Shown here: piece after piece, positions 35,208 to 44,889 of the stretch
Layout: every line of letters begins with the position of its first letter
Position numbering within the stretch: the stretch's first letter is position 1
Source of the DNA: a virus
Taxonomy: Duplodnaviria; Caudoviricetes
Virus record (IMG/VR): IMGVR_UViG_3300032138_000007
Coordinates: 29,245-93,244 of that record
Reading direction: 5' to 3' (one strand)
Length of the DNA stretch: 64,000 nt
Notes under the pieces: generated by a model
Told to the model about the DNA's origin: nothing
Database searches by the model: none
The model's input: the letters and a program-made list of their open reading frames with translations, nothing else
Program-made: the position numbers and the translations under genes

Positions 35208-36725
35208 TTGGCAACACCACCCGCAGGAACAGCCTTATCATTAGGAAAATTAGGAAGAGCAACTGCTGTAGACAATTCTGATTATACATCTGCAACGAGT
35301 TTGAATGACTGTGCACGAGATAGTGGGACAGCCGCAACTAATTTGAGTAATTTTTATATAGGTTCGGTTGATAGCACTTTAGATGGTTATCCATATGTGG
35401 ATGAACAAACTAATGAAACATATGAATTAACTTTTACTAATGCAAATTCATTATTTGCATCTCGTATAGCAGCAAGAGCTGATAACTTCACTTGGACTAC
35501 CAGTAATTCATCATTATTTGATATGTCTGGTACTGAAGATGTTACTACTCAATTTAATGCAGGTGCACTTGCTGATACAAGTACACATACTTCAAAATCA
35601 TTTGAAGCTAATTTAGTTACAGACTCCGATTTTAATAATTGGTCAAGTGCTAATTTACTTGGTGATTGGACAGAGAGTGGTGGAACAGTAATTTCAAGAA
35701 AAGATATAACTGGATTTTCAACAAGACCATCTGGTTCAAATGATTATATGGTTCAATTTGATACATTAAATGGATACATAGAACAATCATTTACAGTTAA
35801 AGGAAATTCTACTTATCAGATTAAAGCAATAGCAACTTCTTCTGATGCGGGACAGGGAACAATAGATATGTATGTTAGTGGTGCATATACTCAATTAACT
35901 TGGAACGGAATAACTGGACCGGCAGGTACATATCACCAAACAAGAGATGATTTTTATACAAGTGGTTCGGTAGGAGTAGATCAAACTTTAAAAGTAAGAT
36001 TTACAGCAGTATCTGCTTCTGTTAAACCATTGTTAGATTATGTAACTTTCCAAAGATGGGAAGGTGCACATTTTAGTGATACAAATGTAACTATTACAGG
36101 AAAGTATCACGATGACGGACAGAGTGATGGATTTAACGACCACGCAACAAGATATAATACTGCTATAAGTAAAACTGTTGAGATACAAGATACATATGGT
36201 GGTCTTGCAATTGCTTGTTTTTTACCAGGAACTTTAATACAAATGGCAGATGATACTTCCAAACCAATAGAAGAAATAAATGTTGGGGATGAAGTGTTAT
36301 CATTAGATTTACCTGGATTACCAGATGAAGATTTAGGATATATCGAATGGAAATCTTATACTATGAGGCCAATGGATGAAGAAGATTTGGAAAATTTAAT
36401 ATCAAAAAATAAAAAATCTGCATTTGTAGAGAATTTATTTTATGATTATATGAGTGGATATTATAGTATAAATAATGGTTATTTAAAAGTAACTGCAGAA
36501 CATGACCTTTTTTCATATTCAGACGGAAAATGGAGATGGAATACTGCAAGTGAATTACAAAAAGATATGAAATTATTTGGTTATAATGGAGAGGTAATTA
36601 ATATAGATTCTATAGAATGGGTAAGTGGTGAAGTAGAAGTTATCAATTTTGATGTAGAACCATTAGATGTTTATTACGCGGGTGGATTATTGGTTCATAA
36701 TAAGGGATCAGACTCAGATCCGTGA
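35208..36725 (+). CDS. Fibre-associated protein with CBM-like domain and C-terminal Hint domain
   Basis: NLVTDSDFNNW..YIEQSF..PLLDYV is CBM4/9-like; CFLPGTLIQMAD..TAEH..LVHN at 36216-36701. Confidence 0.85.
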   Translation: MATPPAGTALSLGKLGRATAVDNSDYTSATSLNDCARDSGTAATNLSNFYIGSVDSTLDGYPYVDEQTNETYELTFTNANSLFASRIAARADNFTWTTSNSSLFDMSGTEDVTTQFNAGALADTSTHTSKSFEANLVTDSDFNNWSSANLLGDWTESGGTVISRKDITGFSTRPSGSNDYMVQFDTLNGYIEQSFTVKGNSTYQIKAIATSSDAGQGTIDMYVSGAYTQLTWNGITGPAGTYHQTRDDFYTSGSVGVDQTLKVRFTAVSASVKPLLDYVTFQRWEGAHFSDTNVTITGKYHDDGQSDGFNDHATRYNTAISKTVEIQDTYGGLAIACFLPGTLIQMADDTSKPIEEINVGDEVLSLDLPGLPDEDLGYIEWKSYTMRPMDEEDLENLISKNKKSAFVENLFYDYMSGYYSINNGYLKVTAEHDLFSYSDGKWRWNTASELQKDMKLFGYNGEVINIDSIEWVSGEVEVINFDVEPLDVYYAGGLLVHNKGSDSDP

Positions 36726-36742
36726 TAAAAATTAGATATTAG

Positions 36743-36750
36743 ATATTTAT
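36743..36750 (+). promoter_or_regulatory. ATATTTAT putative phage promoter motif
   Basis: Intergenic copy upstream of 36793. Confidence 0.6.
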
Positions 36751-36792
36751 ATTAGATAATTAACTAATTATTTTTATATAGGAGAAAATAAA

Positions 36793-37353
36793 ATGGCAGA
36801 TGAAGCAAAAGTAAGAGAAATTACTGATGACTCTTACATAAAACCAAATGAATGTAGAACACATTGTGATGACATTCCAGGACCCTGGCATGAAGAATTA
36901 GAAAAAGAATTAAATACCGCCGGTGGCCATGTTAAATATGGTATCGGTAAAGAGGAAGATGAATTCTGCTCTAAAGAAGATGTAATTGCTTGGGTTGAAG
37001 AAAGACGTGATGATGATGAACTGGCAGCATTTCCACCAGAAGCAGATTGTATTGCAGAAGGAGAAATTAGAGAGGGATCAAAAGGATTCACTATTTCAGA
37101 ATGGGGCAAAGTGAGTCAAGAAGATTCACCTTGGGAAACACATTATAAGGCTGAAAGTGAAGAAAAGGATGGTCACGAGGTTTGGAAAGAAAAATATGCA
37201 AAAGTATATGGTCAAGAAGTAGATGATGAAATTGAAAAAGGATTTCCTGATTCAATTGGACAGGATGCTGATAAGCATGAAGCAATTCAAGCAGAATGGG
37301 CAGCCAAAGAAGCACCTGAATCAGAAGAGGATGAAGGGGCTGAAGAAGAATAA
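36793..37353 (+). CDS. Highly acidic hypothetical protein
   Basis: AGGAG RBS; E/D-rich with scattered W and C. Confidence 0.7.
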   Translation: MADEAKVREITDDSYIKPNECRTHCDDIPGPWHEELEKELNTAGGHVKYGIGKEEDEFCSKEDVIAWVEERRDDDELAAFPPEADCIAEGEIREGSKGFTISEWGKVSQEDSPWETHYKAESEEKDGHEVWKEKYAKVYGQEVDDEIEKGFPDSIGQDADKHEAIQAEWAAKEAPESEEDEGAEEE

Positions 37354-37393
37354 TTTTTTGCATATAAAAGTATCATTTAGAAAATTCTTTTTG

Positions 37394-37401
37394 ATATTTA
37401 T
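37394..37401 (+). promoter_or_regulatory. ATATTTAT putative phage promoter motif
   Basis: Intergenic copy at the head of the modification island. Confidence 0.55.
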
Positions 37402-37424
37402 TTAAGGATAATTATAGGTTTTAG

Positions 37425-37928
37425 GTGTTAAAAAATGAAATTATAAGAACCCCACTTCAGGTTTACGAAGTTCCAATTTTAATTGCCCAACATGGTGAAG
37501 GTACGGTATATAGAATATCTGATATTCATTGTGTTAAGGTGCCTTCTGGTGATAATTATTCAATAAAAAAAATGGGCCATGAAATAAAAATAAGTAGATT
37601 GTTATATTCACTTGGAATTTCTGTTCCAGAACCAATAATGTGTGATTATGTTAGAATTAATGGTGCAGTAAAAAAAGGTTTTATTATGGATTATATTGAT
37701 GGTATAACAAATTCTATACATGGTGATAAAACAGATGAGTTTAGTGATTATGAATGGAACTTGGCTACAACTTTAGCATTAGATGAAGTAAAAAGGGCAA
37801 AAAAATTGGGATTTAGTTTGGTGAAGAACAAGGATGGTCACGATATAGATAATCCAGAGTGGATTTTTACTAAAGATAAAAAAATTAAATTAATTGATTT
37901 TACAAAATGGAAATATAAAGGGTTTTAG
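37425..37928 (+). CDS. Small protein-kinase-like phosphotransferase (APH/RIO/Kdo-kinase-like)
   Basis: GEGTVYR, VKV, HE, VPEP, FIMDYIDG, HDI, IKLIDF. Confidence 0.7.
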   Translation: MLKNEIIRTPLQVYEVPILIAQHGEGTVYRISDIHCVKVPSGDNYSIKKMGHEIKISRLLYSLGISVPEPIMCDYVRINGAVKKGFIMDYIDGITNSIHGDKTDEFSDYEWNLATTLALDEVKRAKKLGFSLVKNKDGHDIDNPEWIFTKDKKIKLIDFTKWKYKGF

Positions 37929-38651
37929 ATGTCAATATTAAATCGTGGTTGGATTTACGATTCAATAACAAGAAATCAAGATTCAGGTTCAGTATCATAT
38001 AGATGGACTCACGGAGCTAACGACTCATATATGGGTGCTGGTATATTTTATTATGCCATCCCATATTTCTTAAAGGCACAAGTTAATGTTTGTCTTGGTA
38101 GTGGTGGTGGATATGTACCACGATTGATGGTTGATTGTGTTTATGAATTAAATGAAACTAATATGTATCCTAACGGAAAGTTTGGTGAAGTTTATGTAGT
38201 AGATGCAACCAATAGTGTAAATGGTGAAGTGGATTGGTCAGATGATGACAGTTATTTAAGAAGTAATTTTCAAATAAAATTTCTCAATATGACTACTGAA
38301 GATGCATTCTATAACTTTTTTGTCAAACGAGATATAAAGATAGATTATTTACATATAGATGCAGGTCATACTTATGAGGATTGTAAACAAGATTTTGATT
38401 TGTATTCTACTTTAATGAGTGAGAATGGAATTATATCAATACACGATACGGATGAAAAATACTGGAAAAGTTTTGATGTATATGAAGGTGAGCCCCACGA
38501 TATATGTACAGGTCCAAGTGAAGTTGTAAAAGAAATTAGTTTCCTTAACCGAGAATGGGAAGTATTTAATTTGTTTGATTATAAACAAAAAGATGAAGTA
38601 TTACCTTCATCTGGATTAACATTATTGAGAAAATCTACGTATGGCAAATAA
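37929..38651 (+). CDS. Class I SAM methyltransferase (Methyltransf_24-like)
   Basis: CLGSGGG, IDYLHIDAGHTYE, GIISIHD. Confidence 0.8.
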   Translation: MSILNRGWIYDSITRNQDSGSVSYRWTHGANDSYMGAGIFYYAIPYFLKAQVNVCLGSGGGYVPRLMVDCVYELNETNMYPNGKFGEVYVVDATNSVNGEVDWSDDDSYLRSNFQIKFLNMTTEDAFYNFFVKRDIKIDYLHIDAGHTYEDCKQDFDLYSTLMSENGIISIHDTDEKYWKSFDVYEGEPHDICTGPSEVVKEISFLNREWEVFNLFDYKQKDEVLPSSGLTLLRKSTYGK

Positions 38652-40692
38652 TTCATTTTTATTAACACATAACATAAAAAAATTAACAGATGCAGAAATA
38701 GAAGCCATAAACGAAGAATTTGGTCATTGGGATGATATAGAACATTTACCTTGGGTAACGAAAAAAATAGAAGAAAAATCTGATTCATATACGAATGCTT
38801 ATATGAAACATTTTCAGTTTCTTATTGATCAAGAAGCAAAATTAGGTCAATATGCATCAGAAGAATGGTTGAGAATTCATTTTCAAGAATTCCAAAAGAA
38901 AGAAACTGAGTGGATTAGAGAGAAAATAAAAGATTATATTCCTACTACTATTAGTGAAATGTTAGAAAGTTTAAAATGGTTAGAACAATGTTATGAACAC
39001 CACACTCCATTTATAGAAGAAGGAATAAAATTTTATAAAGGCCGTGGAGTGGAAATAAGTAATCCATACGATGAATGTCAAGAAAGATTATTACTTGAAG
39101 AATGTGAGAAGTTTGATACTGAATATATTACAAGAGAAATTATTAGACTAAAAGATGAATATTTAATTCGTGATCCAAAAGAAGAATTGAAACATAGAAT
39201 GAATCTTAATTTTTTTGAGGATAATGTAAAAGATAAAGAAAAAATAGCAGATAAAGATACATTTTGGGATATGATTTCAGTTCATGGTCTGGAAAATATG
39301 CAACTTCTCAAAGAAGAATTAAATGATGTTGGTAAAGGATTTTGTTTGGCTAAGTGGAATCAAGTTAGTATTCTTTTACAGACGGGTCAAACTCATTCTT
39401 GTCACCATCCGAGACCACACGTAGTTCCATTAGCAGAATTAGAAGATAATCCATCTGCACTTCATAATACATATTTTAAAAAACAACAAAGAAAAACAAT
39501 GTTACAAGGGGGGCGTCCAAAAGAATGTGATTATTGTTGGAATGTAGAAGATGCAAATCCAGGAGCATTTAGTGATAGGATTATGAAAAGTGGTGAAGCG
39601 TGGGCATTTCCTTATTTTGATAGAATCAAAAGGTCTGATCCGATGGAAAATACTAATCCATCATATGTTGAAGTTAGTTTTTCCAACCAATGTAATATGA
39701 GTTGTGGTTACTGTGATGTAAAGAGTAGTTCTAATTGGCAACACGAAATAGCATCAAAAGGACATTATCCAACAAGTGGAATGTATAACAATACGGAGTG
39801 GATGGAACGAGAAGGAATTGTTCCTATTCCATTTACAAAACCAAATCCATATAGAGAAGCATTTTGGAAGTGGTGGCCTGATTTATATCCAACATTACAT
39901 ACTTTTAGAATAACTGGAGGAGAACCACTTTTACATAAAGATACCTTTAAAGTTTTAGATTATATTATAGATAATCCAAAATTAAATCCTATGTTAGAAA
40001 TGTCTGTTAATAGTAATTTATGTGCAACACAAGATTTATTTGAAGAGTTTGTTGATAAGGTTAAGTACATTACAGAGAAAGATTTAGTTTGGAATTTTGC
40101 ATTATTTACGAGTATAGAATCTTGGGGAACTCAAGCAGAATATATGAGAGATGGAATGGATACTGATAGATTTTGGAATAATTTGGATATGTTTTTAACT
40201 AAGTGTCAAAAACCAGAAGCAACTATAATGTCTACCTATAATTTAACGAGTGTTCCAAGTTATCATGAAGTAATTAAAAAAGTATTTGATTTAAAAAAGA
40301 AACATTATAACGGAAAACGATATAGACATTATGCAATTATTTTGGATACTGCCTATTTAAGACATCCAGAGTTTTTACAAGTTCGTTTATTATCTACGTA
40401 TTGGATTGATAAGATACGGGCTGATGTAAAATTAATGACTTCATTGGCAGAGGAAAAATATACTCATGTTTATGGACACGGCCATAGTGGATTTTATGAT
40501 TTTGAAAGAGAAAAATTAAGACGAGTGTTGGATTGGGTGGATGCACCACTTGATGATGTAAAGTGGTTAATAAAAATGAGAAAAGATTTTGTTTTATTTA
40601 TTGATGAGTTTGATAAAAGACGAGGAAAGAACTTTTTAGAAACTTTTCCAGAAATGGAAGATTTTTATAATTCTTGTAAAAAGTTAATATGA
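38641..40692 (+). CDS. Radical SAM protein with twitch-type Cys motifs and helical N-terminal extension
   Basis: CNMSCGYC, ITGGEPL, FCLAKW, SCHHP, ECDYCW. Confidence 0.88.
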   Translation: MANNSFLLTHNIKKLTDAEIEAINEEFGHWDDIEHLPWVTKKIEEKSDSYTNAYMKHFQFLIDQEAKLGQYASEEWLRIHFQEFQKKETEWIREKIKDYIPTTISEMLESLKWLEQCYEHHTPFIEEGIKFYKGRGVEISNPYDECQERLLLEECEKFDTEYITREIIRLKDEYLIRDPKEELKHRMNLNFFEDNVKDKEKIADKDTFWDMISVHGLENMQLLKEELNDVGKGFCLAKWNQVSILLQTGQTHSCHHPRPHVVPLAELEDNPSALHNTYFKKQQRKTMLQGGRPKECDYCWNVEDANPGAFSDRIMKSGEAWAFPYFDRIKRSDPMENTNPSYVEVSFSNQCNMSCGYCDVKSSSNWQHEIASKGHYPTSGMYNNTEWMEREGIVPIPFTKPNPYREAFWKWWPDLYPTLHTFRITGGEPLLHKDTFKVLDYIIDNPKLNPMLEMSVNSNLCATQDLFEEFVDKVKYITEKDLVWNFALFTSIESWGTQAEYMRDGMDTDRFWNNLDMFLTKCQKPEATIMSTYNLTSVPSYHEVIKKVFDLKKKHYNGKRYRHYAIILDTAYLRHPEFLQVRLLSTYWIDKIRADVKLMTSLAEEKYTHVYGHGHSGFYDFEREKLRRVLDWVDAPLDDVKWLIKMRKDFVLFIDEFDKRRGKNFLETFPEMEDFYNSCKKLI

Positions 40693-41537
40693 TTAATTTA
40701 GTTACGGTTTGTGGTCATAATACTACAATGTTAAGACATATGTTAAATCACTATAAAGATATGGTTGATGAAATTTATGTTATAGTATATTTATCTTCGG
40801 ACAAGGATAGGGTTTTATCAGAAGTTAAAGAAATCACGAGTGATTTAAATATTGATATTCATAGAAAAACTTTTGAAGAACCATTTAATTGGGAAAGAGT
40901 TACAGAGTTATATAATGAAACAAAGTTATTAAAACCTAATGATTGGTGGATTGTATCGGATGATGATGAACTTCATGTTTATCCAAAACCAATTAACGAA
41001 CTAATAGAAGATTGTGAGAAGAATGGTTATAAATTTATTACAGGAGCGTTTTTAGATAGAATAGGAGAAGGTGGTAGATTTCCAAAGATAAATGATGATA
41101 GTGATATTTGGAAAGAGTTTCCATTGGCTGGTTCATTTAGATTACCAGTTTCAAATGCCTGTCCAAATAAGACAGTAGTTGTAAAGGGTGATATCCAAAT
41201 TACTAATGGACAACATTATGCGATGATAGATGGTGAAGATACTTATGGAGATAGATGGAATCATCCATTACGATATCCTGTTGATAAGTGTTTTATTCAA
41301 GTTCATCATTTTAAATGGGACATATCTGTAATGGGTAGATTACGAGAAGTTTCTCGTATTAAAAAAGATTATACTTTCCATAAAGAGTATAGAGATATGT
41401 TTGATTACATAATTGATAATTACGGTAGAATAGATATAGAAGATGAAAGGTTTATGATAGAAAAGGGTAGTAAAAATTATGATGGTTATACACATTGGAA
41501 TGAAATAAAAAAACAGGCATTAAAGTATAGATTATGA
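40689..41537 (+). CDS. GT-A (GT2-like) glycosyltransferase
   Basis: MLRHMLNHY, WWIVSDDDE, GQH, VHHFKW. Confidence 0.75.
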   Translation: MINLVTVCGHNTTMLRHMLNHYKDMVDEIYVIVYLSSDKDRVLSEVKEITSDLNIDIHRKTFEEPFNWERVTELYNETKLLKPNDWWIVSDDDELHVYPKPINELIEDCEKNGYKFITGAFLDRIGEGGRFPKINDDSDIWKEFPLAGSFRLPVSNACPNKTVVVKGDIQITNGQHYAMIDGEDTYGDRWNHPLRYPVDKCFIQVHHFKWDISVMGRLREVSRIKKDYTFHKEYRDMFDYIIDNYGRIDIEDERFMIEKGSKNYDGYTHWNEIKKQALKYRL

Positions 41538-43003
41538 AAAGATTAGCGGTTATACTTCCATATGATGAACAACATATAGAAAATTTTGTAAATCATTTTG
41601 ATGCTACAGTAGATGGTGATTATAAATTAGTTTTTATGAAACAAAAATCAAATAGACCATTAAATAAAGGTAAGTTGTTTAATATAGGATATATGCTGCA
41701 TAAGGATAAATATGATTATTTTTGTTTTCATGATTCAGATTTAATACCAATTTCTGATGAGTGTGATTATTCTTTTGAAGGAAAACCGATTTCATTAGTT
41801 GGTATGAGAAATAAAATAGAATTTGGAGATCAATTAGAGGTTCAAAATTTTGACAATTATAGTTTACCTTATGATGAATATTTTGGTGGAGCAATTTTAT
41901 TTTCAAAAGAACATTTCCAAAAAGTAAATGGATATTCAAATGAATATTGGGGTGTTGGTTATGAAGATTATGATCTGTTATTACGTAGTGTTGTAGGAGA
42001 ACTATCTGTAAGAATGGAATTGGAAACTACAGTATCAAAAACTTATGGAAATTTTAATGGACTGAATTCATACATAGAAATTCCAGTAGAAAATGCAAAG
42101 ATTAAAAAAGCAACAAACAAGAGTTTTACAATGTCTGCTTGGTTTTGTCCTGACGGAGAACCATCTTACAGTTCAACCGTAGATACTAATAGATGTGAAT
42201 ATAGTATTTTTATACGACCAGGATATCATATGGGACTTTCATATACTCACGGTGGATTTTTAAAAGGAGTGATTTGGATTAGACCATTTGGAAGTAGTGA
42301 AAGAGAACCAGTAGTAATACAAACACCATTACGAACTAATCAATGGTATCATGTTGGTATGAGTGTAGACGAGATAAATCAGGAAATGATTCTTTATGTA
42401 AATGGTAAAGAAGTTGGTAAACAACAATATGAAGGAGAACTTATTAAGTATCTCAATAAACCATATTATATAGGAGTAGGAGATCCAACTACAACACAAT
42501 GGAGAAATTTTTATGAAGGACAAATAGCAGAAATAGGATTATGGCCAGATACATTAAAAGATTATGAACTGGAATTGATTTTTAATAAAGGGATAGTTAA
42601 CAATAAAGGTGAATATACAATTTCTAAATTACCAGTAGGAGTTTGGGATTTTAAAGGTGGATATGATGATAGAACTTTTGATATAAGTGGAAATGGAAAC
42701 CATGCAAAATTCTATAATGTCGGATTTGCAAATAAATCTTTAAAAAGTAATACAGAAAGATATTTACCTTATAGAAGAAATGGTGCTTATGGTTATTTAT
42801 CATCACGTGAAGATTATTTAAATCTTGAACATTTAAAGAGAAGTGAACATCCTGAAATAATGACCAATTGTAATACTTTTAATAAAAAGGTTAGAAATGA
42901 AATGAAGGATATGGATACAGATGGATTATCATCAACAAGATTTAGGATAGTCAATAGATATGATTATCAAAAAAAACATGAAATAATAGAAGTTGTAATA
43001 TAA
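41534..43003 (+). CDS. GT7 (beta-1,4-galactosyltransferase-like) with inserted LamG domain, paralog 1
   Basis: LNKGKLFNIG, FHDSD, YFGG, NGYSNEYWGVGYEDYD, LamG, DGLSS. Confidence 0.85.
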   Translation: MKRLAVILPYDEQHIENFVNHFDATVDGDYKLVFMKQKSNRPLNKGKLFNIGYMLHKDKYDYFCFHDSDLIPISDECDYSFEGKPISLVGMRNKIEFGDQLEVQNFDNYSLPYDEYFGGAILFSKEHFQKVNGYSNEYWGVGYEDYDLLLRSVVGELSVRMELETTVSKTYGNFNGLNSYIEIPVENAKIKKATNKSFTMSAWFCPDGEPSYSSTVDTNRCEYSIFIRPGYHMGLSYTHGGFLKGVIWIRPFGSSEREPVVIQTPLRTNQWYHVGMSVDEINQEMILYVNGKEVGKQQYEGELIKYLNKPYYIGVGDPTTTQWRNFYEGQIAEIGLWPDTLKDYELELIFNKGIVNNKGEYTISKLPVGVWDFKGGYDDRTFDISGNGNHAKFYNVGFANKSLKSNTERYLPYRRNGAYGYLSSREDYLNLEHLKRSEHPEIMTNCNTFNKKVRNEMKDMDTDGLSSTRFRIVNRYDYQKKHEIIEVVI

Positions 43004-43014
43004 GGAGAAAAGTT

Positions 43015-43407
43015 ATGGCAACTAAAAAAGAAGAAAAACCAGTTGAAGAGATAACAACTGAAACTAAAGAAACTGGAATTAAAGCAGAGGATCAACCTTG
43101 GAATAAGAAAAAAGATGCTCGTGACGAACTTGATTCTAACGAGGGAGTCGAACTTTCTGTAATCGCAGTTAAGGCATTGACTAACGTAGAAGAAAAGTTA
43201 GAGGCAATCGATTGGAAATTGTGGGAAATCTACAATATAGTTAAGAACTATGTAGAGTCTAATCCAGATAGTGGAGTATCAGCCCCATCAGTTACACAAC
43301 CACAAGCATCTGCGGCAGACATTGCAAGTGAAATTGCAAAGGCTTTAGGATCTACAGAAGAACCTAAAGAAAAGAAGTCTGTAGTCGGCAAATTATTCGG
43401 TAAATAA
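43015..43407 (+). CDS. Hypothetical helical protein (LEAIDWKLWE motif)
   Basis: AAGGAG RBS; short coiled-coil core with disordered flanks. Confidence 0.65.
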   Translation: MATKKEEKPVEEITTETKETGIKAEDQPWNKKKDARDELDSNEGVELSVIAVKALTNVEEKLEAIDWKLWEIYNIVKNYVESNPDSGVSAPSVTQPQASAADIASEIAKALGSTEEPKEKKSVVGKLFGK

Positions 43408-44888
43408 TGAGTGAAAAACTTGCAATTATAGTTCCGTATCGGGACAGAGAAGAACATCTTGCAAAATTCGTACCACATATGGAGAAATTTTTATCTGATA
43501 AAGATATAGATTTTAAAATCTTTGTGGTAGAACAAGGGAATGATAGACCTTTTAATCGTGGTTGGCTCATAAACATTGGATATGATATATCATCTCAACA
43601 AGGATATGATTATTTTTGTTTTCATGATGTTGATATGTTACCAGAGGACAAAACTTGTGATTATTCTTGGGTAGATAAACCAACACATCTTGCAGCGAGA
43701 TTGAGTAAATTCAATTATCGTTTAGTCTATCCTGAATATTTTAGTGGAGTTACATTATTCAACAAAGAACACTTTGAGTGGATAAATGGATACTCTAACA
43801 AATATTGGGGATGGGGATTTGAAGATGATGATTTACTTTATCGATGTAGAACTCGTGGAGTTCCATTAGACGAACAATGGGTAGGTTCATCACGAGATAA
43901 GGCACCCAGATACATAAGTACTATGGAGTTTAATGGACGAGATTATCTTGAGATAAAGAATAGTCTTTCATTAAATAAAGTGGTGAACTCATCATTTTCA
44001 GTTGAGGCCTGGGTAGAACCATCAGACGATTTAGAATTGGATGAGAATAAAGAATATGATGAATTTCATGTTTTTACTCGACCAGGACATCACGTAGGAA
44101 TTGCTTATACAAGTGGAATGCAATATAAAGGTGGTATTTGGAATACAGAAAATAAACAGGCAATGGTTGTTTCAGATAGACGAACTAACGAATGGGTTCA
44201 TGTTGTATATACAATCGACCATTTATTAAAACGATTACGGATGTTTGTAAATGGTGTAGAAGTAAATGAATCACCTACTGATTTCTTGGGTAAAATTAAA
44301 GAGTCAAACAATGTTCCATATTATATTGGATGTGCAAATCCACACTCACGTTTTGAAGATAGAGGTTATTTTAAGGGTTCTATTGCACAAATAACTCTTT
44401 GGTCAAGTTGTATAAATCCAGAAGAAGCATCTTATTTATATAATGATGGATTCCCACGAAATGTTACAGATAAGAAAAATTTTGATGGTTGGAAACAAGG
44501 AACAGAAATTTATAAATCTTCAAAAGATGTAGTTGGTTATTGGAATTTTGATAATATAGTTGGTGATGTGGTACTTGATAAAAGTGGAAATGACAATCAT
44601 GCTAAAATACACGGAGCAATTCAAAAGGAAAAAGAATTGAGAATAGGTAGTGTTGCATTAATACCAAACAGAAGAGATGGAAAATTCACTTGTTTAGAAC
44701 ACGAAGAAAATGGTTGGAGTCAAACTAAGTTCACTCATTGGGAAACACGAGAAAATCAATTACGATTTTTTAACAAGGTAAGGCGGGGACTAATAGATCC
44801 AACAAAAGATGGTTTGAATTCTTTAACATATAAAGTTATACATCGAGAAGAATTTTTAGATAAACACGAATTTATATCAGTTACATAA
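43407..44888 (+). CDS. GT7 with inserted LamG domain, paralog 2
   Basis: IVPYRDREEHL, FNRG, FHDVD, WGWGFEDDD, LamG, DGLNSLTY. Confidence 0.9.
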   Translation: MSEKLAIIVPYRDREEHLAKFVPHMEKFLSDKDIDFKIFVVEQGNDRPFNRGWLINIGYDISSQQGYDYFCFHDVDMLPEDKTCDYSWVDKPTHLAARLSKFNYRLVYPEYFSGVTLFNKEHFEWINGYSNKYWGWGFEDDDLLYRCRTRGVPLDEQWVGSSRDKAPRYISTMEFNGRDYLEIKNSLSLNKVVNSSFSVEAWVEPSDDLELDENKEYDEFHVFTRPGHHVGIAYTSGMQYKGGIWNTENKQAMVVSDRRTNEWVHVVYTIDHLLKRLRMFVNGVEVNESPTDFLGKIKESNNVPYYIGCANPHSRFEDRGYFKGSIAQITLWSSCINPEEASYLYNDGFPRNVTDKKNFDGWKQGTEIYKSSKDVVGYWNFDNIVGDVVLDKSGNDNHAKIHGAIQKEKELRIGSVALIPNRRDGKFTCLEHEENGWSQTKFTHWETRENQLRFFNKVRRGLIDPTKDGLNSLTYKVIHREEFLDKHEFISVT

Positions 44889-44889
44889 A

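Noticed and set aside
33029-36701. Hint domains as mobile, splicing inteins
   Set aside because: No homing endonuclease, no C/S/T at +1, and only 7-8 residue C-flanks
19542-36725. Diversity-generating retroelement targeting fibre tips
   Set aside because: No reverse transcriptase and no adenine-specific TR/VR pair seen; the 204-bp duplicate differs mainly at synonymous sites
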